Origin: Acidimicrobiales bacterium
GTDB lineage: Bacteria; Actinomycetota; Acidimicrobiia; Acidimicrobiales; VFJN01
NCBI GenBank assembly: GCA_036505485.1
Contig: DASXTK010000310.1
Span: 4,999 to 68,998, forward strand
Direction of reading: 5' to 3'
Length of the DNA: 64,000 nucleotides
Below the pieces are notes generated by a model. It saw nothing but the letters and a program-made list of their open reading frames with translations. It did no database searches and was not told the DNA's origin. The translations under genes were made by a program, and so were the position numbers. Below are positions 33,223 to 42,016 of the stretch, piece by piece (within the stretch, counting starts at the first letter, position 1; each line of letters opens with the position of its first letter).

Positions 33223-34529
33223 CCGGCGGCCTGGATCTCGTCGCGGAGGGCGTCGGCCCGGGACCAGTCCTTGGCCGCTCGAGCCGCGTCCCGCTCCTCG
33301 GCCAGCCGGGAGATCTCCGCCGGGACCTGGGCCGCCTCGGTGTGGAGCACCAGGCCCACCGCTCCGGTCAGCTCCCGCACCGCCGCGGCCAGCGGCGCGG
33401 CGGTCTCCTCGTCGCCGGCGTCGAGCGCGGTGTTGGCGGCGCGGACCAGGTCGAAGATCGCCGCGGTCGCCCCCGGGGTGTCGAGGTCGTCGTCCATCTT
33501 GGCCTGGAACTGGTGGAGCGCCGCGGGATCGGGAGCGGCCGTGGTCCACAGCTTGGCCACCCGCCGGGCGAAGGCGTCGAGTCGTTCCAGTGCAGCCTCG
33601 ACGTTGGCCATGGCCTCGGCGCTCACGTCCATGGGCGAGCGGTAGTGGGAGCCCAGGATCAGCAGCCGGTAGGCCCGAGCGTCGTGCTGGGCCAGCAGCC
33701 CGACCAGGTCGGTGACGTTCCCCAACGACTTGGACATCTTCTCGCCGTCGGTCTCCACGAAGGCGTGGTGCATCCAGTGGTTGGCGAAGCGCTTGCCCAG
33801 GACCACGGCCTGGGCCCGCTCGTTCTCGTGATGGGGGAAGCGCAGGTCCTGCCCGCCGGTGTGGAGATCGAACCCTTCGCCCAGCAGGTCGAGGGACATG
33901 ACCACGCACTCGGTGTGCCAGCCCGGACGTCCGTCGCCGAACGGTGCCGGCCAGGATGGTTCGCCCGGCTTGGCCAGCTTCCACAGGGCGAAGTCGAGCG
34001 GGGAGCGTTTCTCCTCGTTGGCCTCCACCCGGGCGCCGGCCCGCAGCGAGTCGAGATCCTGGAGGGCCAGCAGCCCGTACCCGGCGACCTGGGCCACGTC
34101 GAGGTACACCCCGTCACTGGTTTGGTAGGCGACACCGTCGTCGAGGAACCGGCTGACCAGGTCGACCATGCGGGCGATGTACTCGGTGGCGTGGGGTGTG
34201 TCGGTGGGGCGCAGGATCCCGAGGGCGTCCATGGAGTCCCACCACACCTGCTCGTTGCTGCGGGCCACGTCGGCGGGATCGGCGCCGACGTGCTGGGCCT
34301 TGGCGATGATCTTGTCGTCGATGTCGGTGACGTTGGAGACGTGTCGGACCTGTTGTCCCGACCATTCCAGATAGCGCCGCAGGATGTCGTAGGTCAGCGT
34401 GCTGCGGCCGTGCCCCAAGTGCGGCGGACCGTCGACCGTCGGCCCACACACGTACATCGACACCTTGCCCTCTTCACGGGTCTCCAACAGGACCACTCGA
34501 CCCCGAGCAGTGTCGAACAACCGCAACAT
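33174..34529 (-). CDS. cysS: Cysteinyl-tRNA synthetase
   Basis: YVCGPTV..PHLGHGRS (HIGH), KMSKSLGN, and a C-terminal RDEIQAAGYVLEDSGSGTLV region. Confidence 0.9.
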   Translation of the reverse strand: MLRLFDTARGRVVLLETREEGKVSMYVCGPTVDGPPHLGHGRSTLTYDILRRYLEWSGQQVRHVSNVTDIDDKIIAKAQHVGADPADVARSNEQVWWDSMDALGILRPTDTPHATEYIARMVDLVSRFLDDGVAYQTSDGVYLDVAQVAGYGLLALQDLDSLRAGARVEANEEKRSPLDFALWKLAKPGEPSWPAPFGDGRPGWHTECVVMSLDLLGEGFDLHTGGQDLRFPHHENERAQAVVLGKRFANHWMHHAFVETDGEKMSKSLGNVTDLVGLLAQHDARAYRLLILGSHYRSPMDVSAEAMANVEAALERLDAFARRVAKLWTTAAPDPAALHQFQAKMDDDLDTPGATAAIFDLVRAANTALDAGDEETAAPLAAAVRELTGAVGLVLHTEAAQVPAEISRLAEERDAARAAKDWSRADALRDEIQAAGYVLEDSGSGTLVRPR

Positions 34530-34783
34530 GCCCCAACGTTAGAACCCCCACCATCCTCCCCGAACCAGTTAGGAAACGATGGCGGGTCGATCCCGAGGGG
34601 GCTGGCATCCGGCCGTGTCCCGGTCGGGGCAACGATGGGCTCCCAGGCAGCCGGCTGAGCCGCCTGCCGGTCTCAGGGTGTTGCTGGCCGTGCCCGGGCC
34701 CTCAAGGGCACAGCTCGCCGGCCCCGATCGCTTCGCTCCGTGCCCGTCGACCTGACCCTTGACCGCCCTCGGTGGTCGTTCCC

Positions 34784-34832
34784 GAAATTGAGGCGTTTCT
34801 CGCGCTATAAGCGCGGCAAACGCCTCAGTTTC
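34784..34832. repeat. Family A palindromic repeat, copy A3
   Basis: gaaattgaggcgtttctcgcgc-tataa-gcgcggcaaacgcctcagtttc. Both arms are identical to A2. Confidence 0.9.
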
Positions 34833-34844
34833 AGGGTCCTCGCC

Positions 34845-34893
34845 GAAATTGAGTCAGAAAAGCCGCTATAGGCCGCACAACTGTCTCAGTTTC
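34845..34893. repeat. Family A repeat, degenerate copy A4 (same 49-nt length and termini, divergent core)
   Basis: gaaattgagtcagaaaagccgctataggccgcacaactgtctcagtttc, 12 nt after A3. Confidence 0.75.
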
Positions 34894-35031
34894 GGCCATC
34901 GACCGCGGTGGGCGGTCAAGGGACGGCCGAAGGCCGAGCAATGCCACGCCGAGTAGCGGCGTGGCGGCGGCCCTTGACGGCCCACCTTCTCGTTCGAGAG
35001 TGTCAGAGGGCGGAAGTAGCCTTGAGAGATT

Positions 35032-37581
35032 GTGACGAGGATCCCCGACAAGCCGAGTCTCGACGGGCTCGAAGCGCGATGGCGTGAGCGCTGGGCGGCT
35101 GACGGCACCTACCGCTTCGACCGGACCAAGAGCCGTGACGAGATCTTCTCGATCGACACGCCGCCGCCGACGGTGTCGGGAGACCTGCACATCGGCCACG
35201 TGATGTCCTACGTCCACACCGACACCGTGGCCCGCTACCAGCGCATGCGGGGCAAAGAAGTCTTCTACCCCATGGGCTGGGACGACAACGGCCTCAACGT
35301 CGAGCGCCGGGTCCAGCTGCTGACCGGGACCCTGTGCGATCCGTCCCTGCCCTACGACCCCGATTTCCGGCGCCCCGAGAAGCTTGATAGCCGGGATCCC
35401 ATCCATGTCAGCCGGCCCAACTTCGTCGAGATCTGCGGCGAGATCATCGAGCAGCTCGAGCAGAGCTACTTCGACCTGTGGTCGACAGCCGGGCTGTCCG
35501 TCGACTGGGACCAGAGCTACCGCACCGTCGGCCCCAAGGCCATCCGCACCAGCCAGCACGGCTTCCTCCGGCTGTTCCACCGGGACCTGGCCTTCCGGTC
35601 CGAGTCGCCCACCTTGTGGGACGTCGACTTCCGCACCGCCGTGGCTCAAGCCGAGCTCGAGGACCGGGACCTGGCTGGCGCCTACTACAAGCTGCGCTTC
35701 GAGGGTCCCGACGACGAGCCGCTGATGATCGACACCACCCGGCCCGAGCTGCTGGCGGCCTGCGTCGCCGTCGTCGCCCACCCCGACGACGAGCGCTACC
35801 AGCCGCTGTTCGGCCGCCACGCGGTCACCCCGTTGTTCCGGGCCCAGGTCCCGATCGTGGCCCACGAGCTGGCCGATCCGGAAAAGGGCACCGGCGTGGC
35901 CATGATCTGCACCTTCGGCGACACCACCGACGTCACCTGGTGGCGGGAGCTGTCACTGGACCTGCGGGCCATCGTCCAGCGCGACGGCCGGCTGCGCGCG
36001 ATCGAGTGGGGCGAGCCGGGCTGGGAGTCCGACGACCCCGCCGCGGCCCAGGCCGCCTACGACGAGCTGGCCGGCAAGACGGTCAAGCAGGCCCAGAAGC
36101 GCATCGCCGAACTGCTGGCCGAGTCCGGCGGGTCCGAAGGCGAGCCCCGGGAGATCACCCACCCAGTCAAGTTCTGGGAGAACGGCAACCGGCCGCTGGA
36201 GATCGTCACCAGCAACCAGTGGTTCATCCGCTACCCCGACAAGAAGGCGCTGCTGGCCCGGGGCGAGGAGCTGAACTGGTCACCGGAGTTCATGCGGGTC
36301 CGCTATGAGAACTGGGTCAACGGTCTGCAGGGCGACTGGAACATCACCCGCCAACGGTTCTTCGGCGTGCCGTTCCCGGTCTGGTACCCGGTCGACGCCG
36401 AGGGCACGGTCGACTACCTGGCCCCGATCGTGGCCGACGAGGCCGACCTGCCGATCGACCCCACGACCACGGTCCCGGCGGGCTACACCGAGGCCCAGCG
36501 GGGCCAGTCCGGCGGCTTCGTGGCCGACCCGGACGTGATGGACACCTGGGCCACGTCGTCGCTCACCCCCCAGATCGCCTCTGGCTGGGTCGACGACGCC
36601 GACCTGTTCGCCCGCACGTTCCCGATGGACATGCGGCCCCAGGCCCACGAGATCATCCGGACCTGGCTCTTCTACACCGTCGTCCGGGCCCACTACGAGC
36701 ACGACTCGCTGCCGTTCTACAACGCCGCCATCTCGGGTTTCGTCTACGACCCCGACCGCAAGAAGCTGTCCAAGTCGGCGGGCAACGCCCCCAGCGATCC
36801 AATGACGATGATCGGCGAATACGGCGCCGATGCGGTGCGCTACTGGGCCGCCAACGGCCGGCCCGGCATGGACCTGGCCTTCGACCGCGGCCAGATCAAG
36901 AAGGGCCGGCGCCTGGCCATGAAGCTGCTCAACGCCTCGAGGCTGGCGCTGACCCAGGGAGCCATCGTGGGCGGCACGGTCACCGAGCCGCTGGACGCCG
37001 CGGTGCTGGCCTCGTTGGCCGACCTGGTGGCCGAGGTCACCACGGCGTTCGACCGCTTCGACTACGCCCGGGCCCTGGAGCGCACCGAGACCTTCTTCTG
37101 GTCCTTCTGCGACGACTACCTGGAGCTGGTCAAGAACCGGGCCTATGGCTCGGCCGGCGACACCGGGCAGACCTCGGCCCAAGCCACGCTGGGCCCCGCC
37201 CTGGAAGCCCTGCTCAAGCTGTTCGCACCGTTCTTCCCCTTCGTCACCGAAGAGGTTTGGTCGTGGTGGCGGGACGGCTCGATCCACAGGGCCTCCTGGC
37301 CCGACGCCGCGACCCTCCGGTCCGCCGCCGGCACCGAGGCCGACAAGGCCGTGTTGGCCATGGCCGCCGACGTGGTCGGAGAGCTGCGCAAGGCCAAGAG
37401 CGAGGCTCGTCGGTCCATGCGCACCACGGTCAAGCAGGTCACGATCACCGACACCGCCGAACGACTGGAGCTCCTGGCCCGAGCCGAGGGCGACGTCCGT
37501 GCCGCCGGGGTGGTCGAGTCGCTGTCCACCGTCGTCGGGGAGTCCTTCGCCGTCGACGTGGAGCTGGCACCGGAGGACTGA
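35032..37581 (+). CDS. valS: Valyl-tRNA synthetase
   Basis: PPPTVSGDLHIGHVMSY (HIGH), KLSKSAGN (KMSKS), editing-domain region, 849 aa. GTG start. Confidence 0.92.
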   Translation: MTRIPDKPSLDGLEARWRERWAADGTYRFDRTKSRDEIFSIDTPPPTVSGDLHIGHVMSYVHTDTVARYQRMRGKEVFYPMGWDDNGLNVERRVQLLTGTLCDPSLPYDPDFRRPEKLDSRDPIHVSRPNFVEICGEIIEQLEQSYFDLWSTAGLSVDWDQSYRTVGPKAIRTSQHGFLRLFHRDLAFRSESPTLWDVDFRTAVAQAELEDRDLAGAYYKLRFEGPDDEPLMIDTTRPELLAACVAVVAHPDDERYQPLFGRHAVTPLFRAQVPIVAHELADPEKGTGVAMICTFGDTTDVTWWRELSLDLRAIVQRDGRLRAIEWGEPGWESDDPAAAQAAYDELAGKTVKQAQKRIAELLAESGGSEGEPREITHPVKFWENGNRPLEIVTSNQWFIRYPDKKALLARGEELNWSPEFMRVRYENWVNGLQGDWNITRQRFFGVPFPVWYPVDAEGTVDYLAPIVADEADLPIDPTTTVPAGYTEAQRGQSGGFVADPDVMDTWATSSLTPQIASGWVDDADLFARTFPMDMRPQAHEIIRTWLFYTVVRAHYEHDSLPFYNAAISGFVYDPDRKKLSKSAGNAPSDPMTMIGEYGADAVRYWAANGRPGMDLAFDRGQIKKGRRLAMKLLNASRLALTQGAIVGGTVTEPLDAAVLASLADLVAEVTTAFDRFDYARALERTETFFWSFCDDYLELVKNRAYGSAGDTGQTSAQATLGPALEALLKLFAPFFPFVTEEVWSWWRDGSIHRASWPDAATLRSAAGTEADKAVLAMAADVVGELRKAKSEARRSMRTTVKQVTITDTAERLELLARAEGDVRAAGVVESLSTVVGESFAVDVELAPED

Positions 37582-37586
37582 GCGCC

Positions 37587-38531
37587 TCAGGTCGGCGGAG
37601 CGTCCTCGCGCAGGACGACGGTGCGTTGGCCGTTGGGGACCGCGATCCCCGCGGCCTCGAAGGCCGGTAGCAGGCGACGCCGTAGGTCACGGGTCACCCG
37701 GAACTGCTCGGACGGACGGGTCTTGACCACCAGTCGGATCTGAATCGCGTCCTGCGACAACTGCTCGACGCCCCACACCTCGGGCTGCTCGAGGATGCTG
37801 CCCTCCCACTCGGGGTCCCGCCACATCTGCTCGGCGGTCTCCTTGATCACCTCGGTAGCCCGATCGACGTCAGTCCCGTAGGCCACGCTGACATCGAGCA
37901 GGGCCCGGGCCCACTGCTGGGACATGTTGGCCACCCGTTGGATGGTGCCGTTGGGGACGTGCCACACCGTCCCTCGGACGTCCCGGAGCCGGGTGGTGCG
38001 CAGGTTCACGGCCTCGACGGTGCCGGTGGCGTCGCCGAGGTCGACGATGTCGCCCACGCCGTACTGGTCCTCGACCAGGATGAAGAAGCCCGACAGGAAG
38101 TCCTTGACCAGGCTTTGGGCCCCGAAGCCGAGAGCGACGCCGGCGATACCGGCGCTGGCGATCAGCGGACCGATGTTGATGTCCAGCTCACCCAGGATGG
38201 TAACGAACGCGACCGCCCAGATGGCCGCCCGGCTCACCGACTCCAGCACGTGGGCCAGGGCCTGGGACCGGGCCGCTGAGCGGGACGAATCCTGGAACTC
38301 GACCTTGTCGGCGAACCGGCGGATGGCCCGCCGGGCCACCCGGCTGACCAGCCAGGCCACCCCCAGCACGATGAAGATACGACCGATCGTCCCGAACAGC
38401 AGATCGGAGAACTCGGCGGAACCCTTGCTGTTGGTGACGTCGAGGACGTTGCGACAGATCCACGAGCCGGGATCGCCGCAAGCCGCCCGCAGTTCCTCAG
38501 GGCTCGGCTCGGACTGCAGGACCAACAACAT
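37587..38531 (-). CDS. mscS: MscS-family mechanosensitive channel
   Basis: GVALGFGAQSLVKDFLSGFFILVEDQYGVGDIVD...GTVEAVNLRTTRLR. Start at ATG38531. Confidence 0.8.
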   Translation of the reverse strand: MLLVLQSEPSPEELRAACGDPGSWICRNVLDVTNSKGSAEFSDLLFGTIGRIFIVLGVAWLVSRVARRAIRRFADKVEFQDSSRSAARSQALAHVLESVSRAAIWAVAFVTILGELDINIGPLIASAGIAGVALGFGAQSLVKDFLSGFFILVEDQYGVGDIVDLGDATGTVEAVNLRTTRLRDVRGTVWHVPNGTIQRVANMSQQWARALLDVSVAYGTDVDRATEVIKETAEQMWRDPEWEGSILEQPEVWGVEQLSQDAIQIRLVVKTRPSEQFRVTRDLRRRLLPAFEAAGIAVPNGQRTVVLREDAPPT

Positions 38532-38563
38532 CGCGGCCCACACGCTAACCGGCGCCACTCCTG

Positions 38564-38613
38564 GTTCTGTGACCTCCATGCCGCGCCTGGGCGCGGCATG
38601 GAGGTCACAGAAC
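38564..38613. repeat. Family B palindromic repeat, copy B2 (23-bp stem)
   Basis: gttctgtgacctccatgccgcgc-ctgg-gcgcggcatggaggtcacagaac. Lies between the divergent mscS and permease genes. Confidence 0.9.
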
Positions 38614-38664
38614 GAAAGGGGACTGCTTGGCCCAAGGTGCACACGGCGTGCGAGCATTCCCGAC

Positions 38665-41031
38665 GTGCCCACGCAGGTCGACGCCCCCGAGTCGCAGGTC
38701 CCGGTCTACCAAGCGCCCGGCCCCGAGCCGTCGGCCCCCGGGATCGAGCTGCCGCCCGACACCCTGAGCTACCGCATCAAGCGGAAGCTGCTGGGCAAGC
38801 CGCTGCACTCCGAGCAGCTCGAGCACGAGCGGCTGGGCAAGCCCACTGCCCTGGCCGTCTTCGCCTCCGACAACCTGTCGTCGTCGGCCTACGCCACCGA
38901 GGAGATCCTCCACGTCCTGGTAGGAGCGGTCGGCTTGGCCGCGTTCTCGCTGGTCGTGCCCATCACCATTGCCATGCTGGTCGTGCTGGGGCTGCTGATC
39001 GTCTCCTACCGGGAGACGATCCGGGAGTATCCGTCGGCCGGCGGTGCCTACCTGGTCACCCGGGACAACTTCGGCATCGTCCCCGCCCAGTTCGCCGGCG
39101 CCGCCCTGCTCATCGGCTACGTGCTCACCGTGGCGGTGTCGGTGGCCGCGGGCAGCGCCGCGCTGGTCTCCACGGTCCCCTCCTTCGGGGCCTACCGGGT
39201 ACCACTGTCGCTGGCGTTCATCGCCATCATCGCCTACGGGAATCTGCGCGGCGTGCGGGAGTCCGGCAAGTTGTTCGCCGCCCCGACCTTCTTCTTCATG
39301 GCCAACATGTTCCTGCTGTTGGGCATAGGCCTGTTCCGCTATCTGACCGGTGACCTGCCGGTGCTGGGCGACCACGCCGAGGGCATGGTTCCCTTGGGCA
39401 ACGAGACCGGCGGCCTGGTCATGGGAGCGTCGGCGTACATCCTGCTCAAGGCGTTCGCCTCGGGGGGATCGGCGGTGACCGGCGTAGAGGCCATCTCCAA
39501 CGGCGTGCCGGCGTTCCGCAAGCCGGAGTGGCGCAACGCCCGCGACACGCTGGTGATCATGGGCAGCGGCCTGGCCGTCATGTTCATGGGTCTGTCCCTG
39601 CTGGCGGCCAAGCTCAAGGTGATCCCGTTCGAAGACGGAACCCCCACGGTCCTGGCCCAGATCGGCGAGGCCGTCTATGGCAACGGCGCCCTCGGGGGCG
39701 TGATGTCGAACGTCCTCAACATCGCCACCATGTTGATCCTGGTCCTGGCGGCCAACACCGGTTTCGCCGACTTCCCCCGGCTGGCCAGCCTCCAGGCCGG
39801 CGACAGCTTCCTGCCCCGGCAGCTCACCCAGCGGGGTCACCGCCTGGTCTTCTCCAACGGGATCATCGCCCTGGCCGGCGCCGCGGCGGTGTTGGTGATC
39901 GTCACCAACGCCGCGGTCACCCGGCTGATCCCGCTCTATGCCGTGTCGGTGTTCACCGGCTTCACCCTGTCGCAGTCGGGCATGACCATGCACCACTGGC
40001 GCAAGAAGGAGCCGGGCTGGCAGCGGGGCATGCTCGTCAACGGGGTCGGCGCCCTGCTCTCGGGGCTGATCGTGTGCACCGTGGTCGTGACCCGCCGGCA
40101 GGACGCCTGGGTGGTCATCCCGCTCATGCCGCTGTTCGTGATCATGCTGCTGCGGCTCAACAAGCAGTACCAGCGGGAGCAGGAGCTGCTGGAGGCCGAC
40201 GTGCCAGCTGCGGCCACGGCGCCGATCCTGCGCCGGCATGTGGTCCTGGTGTTCGCCGACCAGCTGGACCTGGCCGTGGCCCGGGCCATCCAGTACGCCC
40301 GGACGCTGACCCCCGACGAGCTGCGGGCGGTCCACTTCGCGGTGGACGACGGCGCGGCCCAGCGGCTGGCCGCCGATTGGCGGCGGCTCGGGCTGGCCCG
40401 AGTTCCGCTGGAGATCGTGGCCTGTCCGGACCGGCGGCTCAACCGGGCCGCGGTGGAGACGGTGGCCCACGAGCTGTCCGACGGCGAGACTGAGGTTTCG
40501 GTGCTGCTGCCGGACCGGAAGTACCGGGGTTTCTGGCACCGGATCCTCCACGACCGGACCGCCGACGGGATCCTGGCCCAGGTGTCCCGACTGGCCCACG
40601 CCAACGTGACGACCGTGCCGTTCCAGGTCGACCGCCCGATCGGGGACGAGACCGTGCCGCTGCAGCCGGGCGCGTTCGAGGCCGCGGCGGCGGCCGGAGG
40701 CCTTGCCGGGGAGACCAAGCTGGCCGAGCGGGTCACCCGCAACGACGACTCGACGGTGACCGCCATCGCCGACGCCCACTGGCGGGATCGGGTGCGCATT
40801 CAGGGACAGGTGCGGGCGGTGCGGGTAGCGCCGCGCCACGACGTCCCGGTGTTCGAGTGTGTGGTCGACGACGACTCCGGCACCATCCTGGCCGTCTTCC
40901 TCGGCCGCCGGGAACTGGCCGCAGTCGGCCCCGGCACCCGCATCGAGATCATCGGCACGGTAGGCATCCACCGAGCCAAGCTCGCCATCCTCAACCCCAC
41001 CTACCGAGTCCTCGGCTCCACCCCCGTCTGA
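38665..41031 (+). CDS. APC-family amino acid/cation permease with a cytoplasmic C-terminal region ending in an OB-fold-like domain
   Basis: KRKLLGKPLHSEQLEHERLGKPTALAVFASDNLSSSAYATEEIL and about 12 TM helices. The C-terminus reads WRDRVRIQGQVRAVRVAP...ECVVDDDSGTILAVFLGRR...RIEIIGTVG. GTG38665 start. Confidence 0.8.
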   Translation: MPTQVDAPESQVPVYQAPGPEPSAPGIELPPDTLSYRIKRKLLGKPLHSEQLEHERLGKPTALAVFASDNLSSSAYATEEILHVLVGAVGLAAFSLVVPITIAMLVVLGLLIVSYRETIREYPSAGGAYLVTRDNFGIVPAQFAGAALLIGYVLTVAVSVAAGSAALVSTVPSFGAYRVPLSLAFIAIIAYGNLRGVRESGKLFAAPTFFFMANMFLLLGIGLFRYLTGDLPVLGDHAEGMVPLGNETGGLVMGASAYILLKAFASGGSAVTGVEAISNGVPAFRKPEWRNARDTLVIMGSGLAVMFMGLSLLAAKLKVIPFEDGTPTVLAQIGEAVYGNGALGGVMSNVLNIATMLILVLAANTGFADFPRLASLQAGDSFLPRQLTQRGHRLVFSNGIIALAGAAAVLVIVTNAAVTRLIPLYAVSVFTGFTLSQSGMTMHHWRKKEPGWQRGMLVNGVGALLSGLIVCTVVVTRRQDAWVVIPLMPLFVIMLLRLNKQYQREQELLEADVPAAATAPILRRHVVLVFADQLDLAVARAIQYARTLTPDELRAVHFAVDDGAAQRLAADWRRLGLARVPLEIVACPDRRLNRAAVETVAHELSDGETEVSVLLPDRKYRGFWHRILHDRTADGILAQVSRLAHANVTTVPFQVDRPIGDETVPLQPGAFEAAAAAGGLAGETKLAERVTRNDDSTVTAIADAHWRDRVRIQGQVRAVRVAPRHDVPVFECVVDDDSGTILAVFLGRRELAAVGPGTRIEIIGTVGIHRAKLAILNPTYRVLGSTPV

Positions 41032-41047
41032 CTGGCCCGGCGGAGAA

Positions 41048-42016
41048 CTAGAACCAGGCTGGGAGTAATCGGGCCGAGGCTTCGGCGACGAGGACCGTGG
41101 CGACCACCAGGAGGGGTGCGCTCATGAGGTACGCGGAGCGGGGACGGGTGCGGCGATACAGGAGGACAGCGGCGGCCGCGGCGCACGCATAACCGAGGAC
41201 CGCGAGGAACACGGGAGCCAATGCGCTGCCATCACTGTCTCGGCCGTCCTGATCGGACGTACGACCGCCCTGCGGCGTGGGGTGGAAGGCGACGGTGTCC
41301 AACTTGGCCACCACGACCGTGGCCGGATTGGTCGCCCACGGCATCACCGAACTGGAAGTCACCAGGGTGAGCCGGTCGTCTTCGCTCGGTCCGAAGACCT
41401 CCTCGTCCCCTCGGGGAACATGGCGCTGGCCAACTCTGGTCACCTTGTAGAGAGATCGGCCCTGCGTGGTGATGACAACGATCTCGTCACCCCGACCGAG
41501 CTCGTCCAGTTGCGAGAACTGCCCGCCGAAGCCGGACTTGCGGCCCACGATCGCACTGTTGCCTGGCTGGCCCGGTCCAGCCGTACCAGGCACATGGCCG
41601 GGTCCCCGGCGGGTCTGCTGGGGTCCGACCCCTTCCACCACGACTTGCCGGAAATCGATGGCGTTGACCTCCACGATCGCCACCGGGTCTCCGACGCCTG
41701 GCGCCTCGGTCACCTCCTGGACCCCAGGGAGGCCGAAGGCCTCGTTCGCCGCCTTCTCGATCTCGGCCCGGTAGTCACTGAGAAGATCTCGCTGGTCGCG
41801 CTCCTCCAACATCGGACCCATCCCATAGACAACGAGGCCCACGCCGACGACGGTGATCAGCAGCCAGGCCGCGGCAACCAAACCGATACGTCGCGGCGTG
41901 ATGGGTGCGAGTCGCGACCGCCCGGCGGCGGACACATCGCGGGAAGGCTGGGCTTCGGAGGGGCCGATCCCCGCCGGCTCGGATCCCGCAACGTCTGGTT
42001 CGACGGCGACGGCCAT
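41048..42016 (-). CDS. Sortase E paralog lacking the catalytic His, Cys and Arg (pseudo-sortase)
   Basis: Aligns with the 17956 sortase (GPGH.P....PGQPGN.AI.G, DEL..GDEI, RLTL, VVAKL, C-terminal 2 TM, RLLPAWF). It has VGRKSGFG instead of AGHRTTYG and LTLVTSSS instead of LTLTACNP. ATGA-coupled to the upstream gene. Confidence 0.75.
   Translation of the reverse strand: MAVAVEPDVAGSEPAGIGPSEAQPSRDVSAAGRSRLAPITPRRIGLVAAAWLLITVVGVGLVVYGMGPMLEERDQRDLLSDYRAEIEKAANEAFGLPGVQEVTEAPGVGDPVAIVEVNAIDFRQVVVEGVGPQQTRRGPGHVPGTAGPGQPGNSAIVGRKSGFGGQFSQLDELGRGDEIVVITTQGRSLYKVTRVGQRHVPRGDEEVFGPSEDDRLTLVTSSSVMPWATNPATVVVAKLDTVAFHPTPQGGRTSDQDGRDSDGSALAPVFLAVLGYACAAAAAVLLYRRTRPRSAYLMSAPLLVVATVLVAEASARLLPAWF

Noticed and set aside
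37924-38664. The first 247 codons of the 1035-aa ORF, as part of the permease.
   Set aside because: This stretch is antisense to mscS and runs through palindrome B2. The permease family signature begins just after GTG38665.
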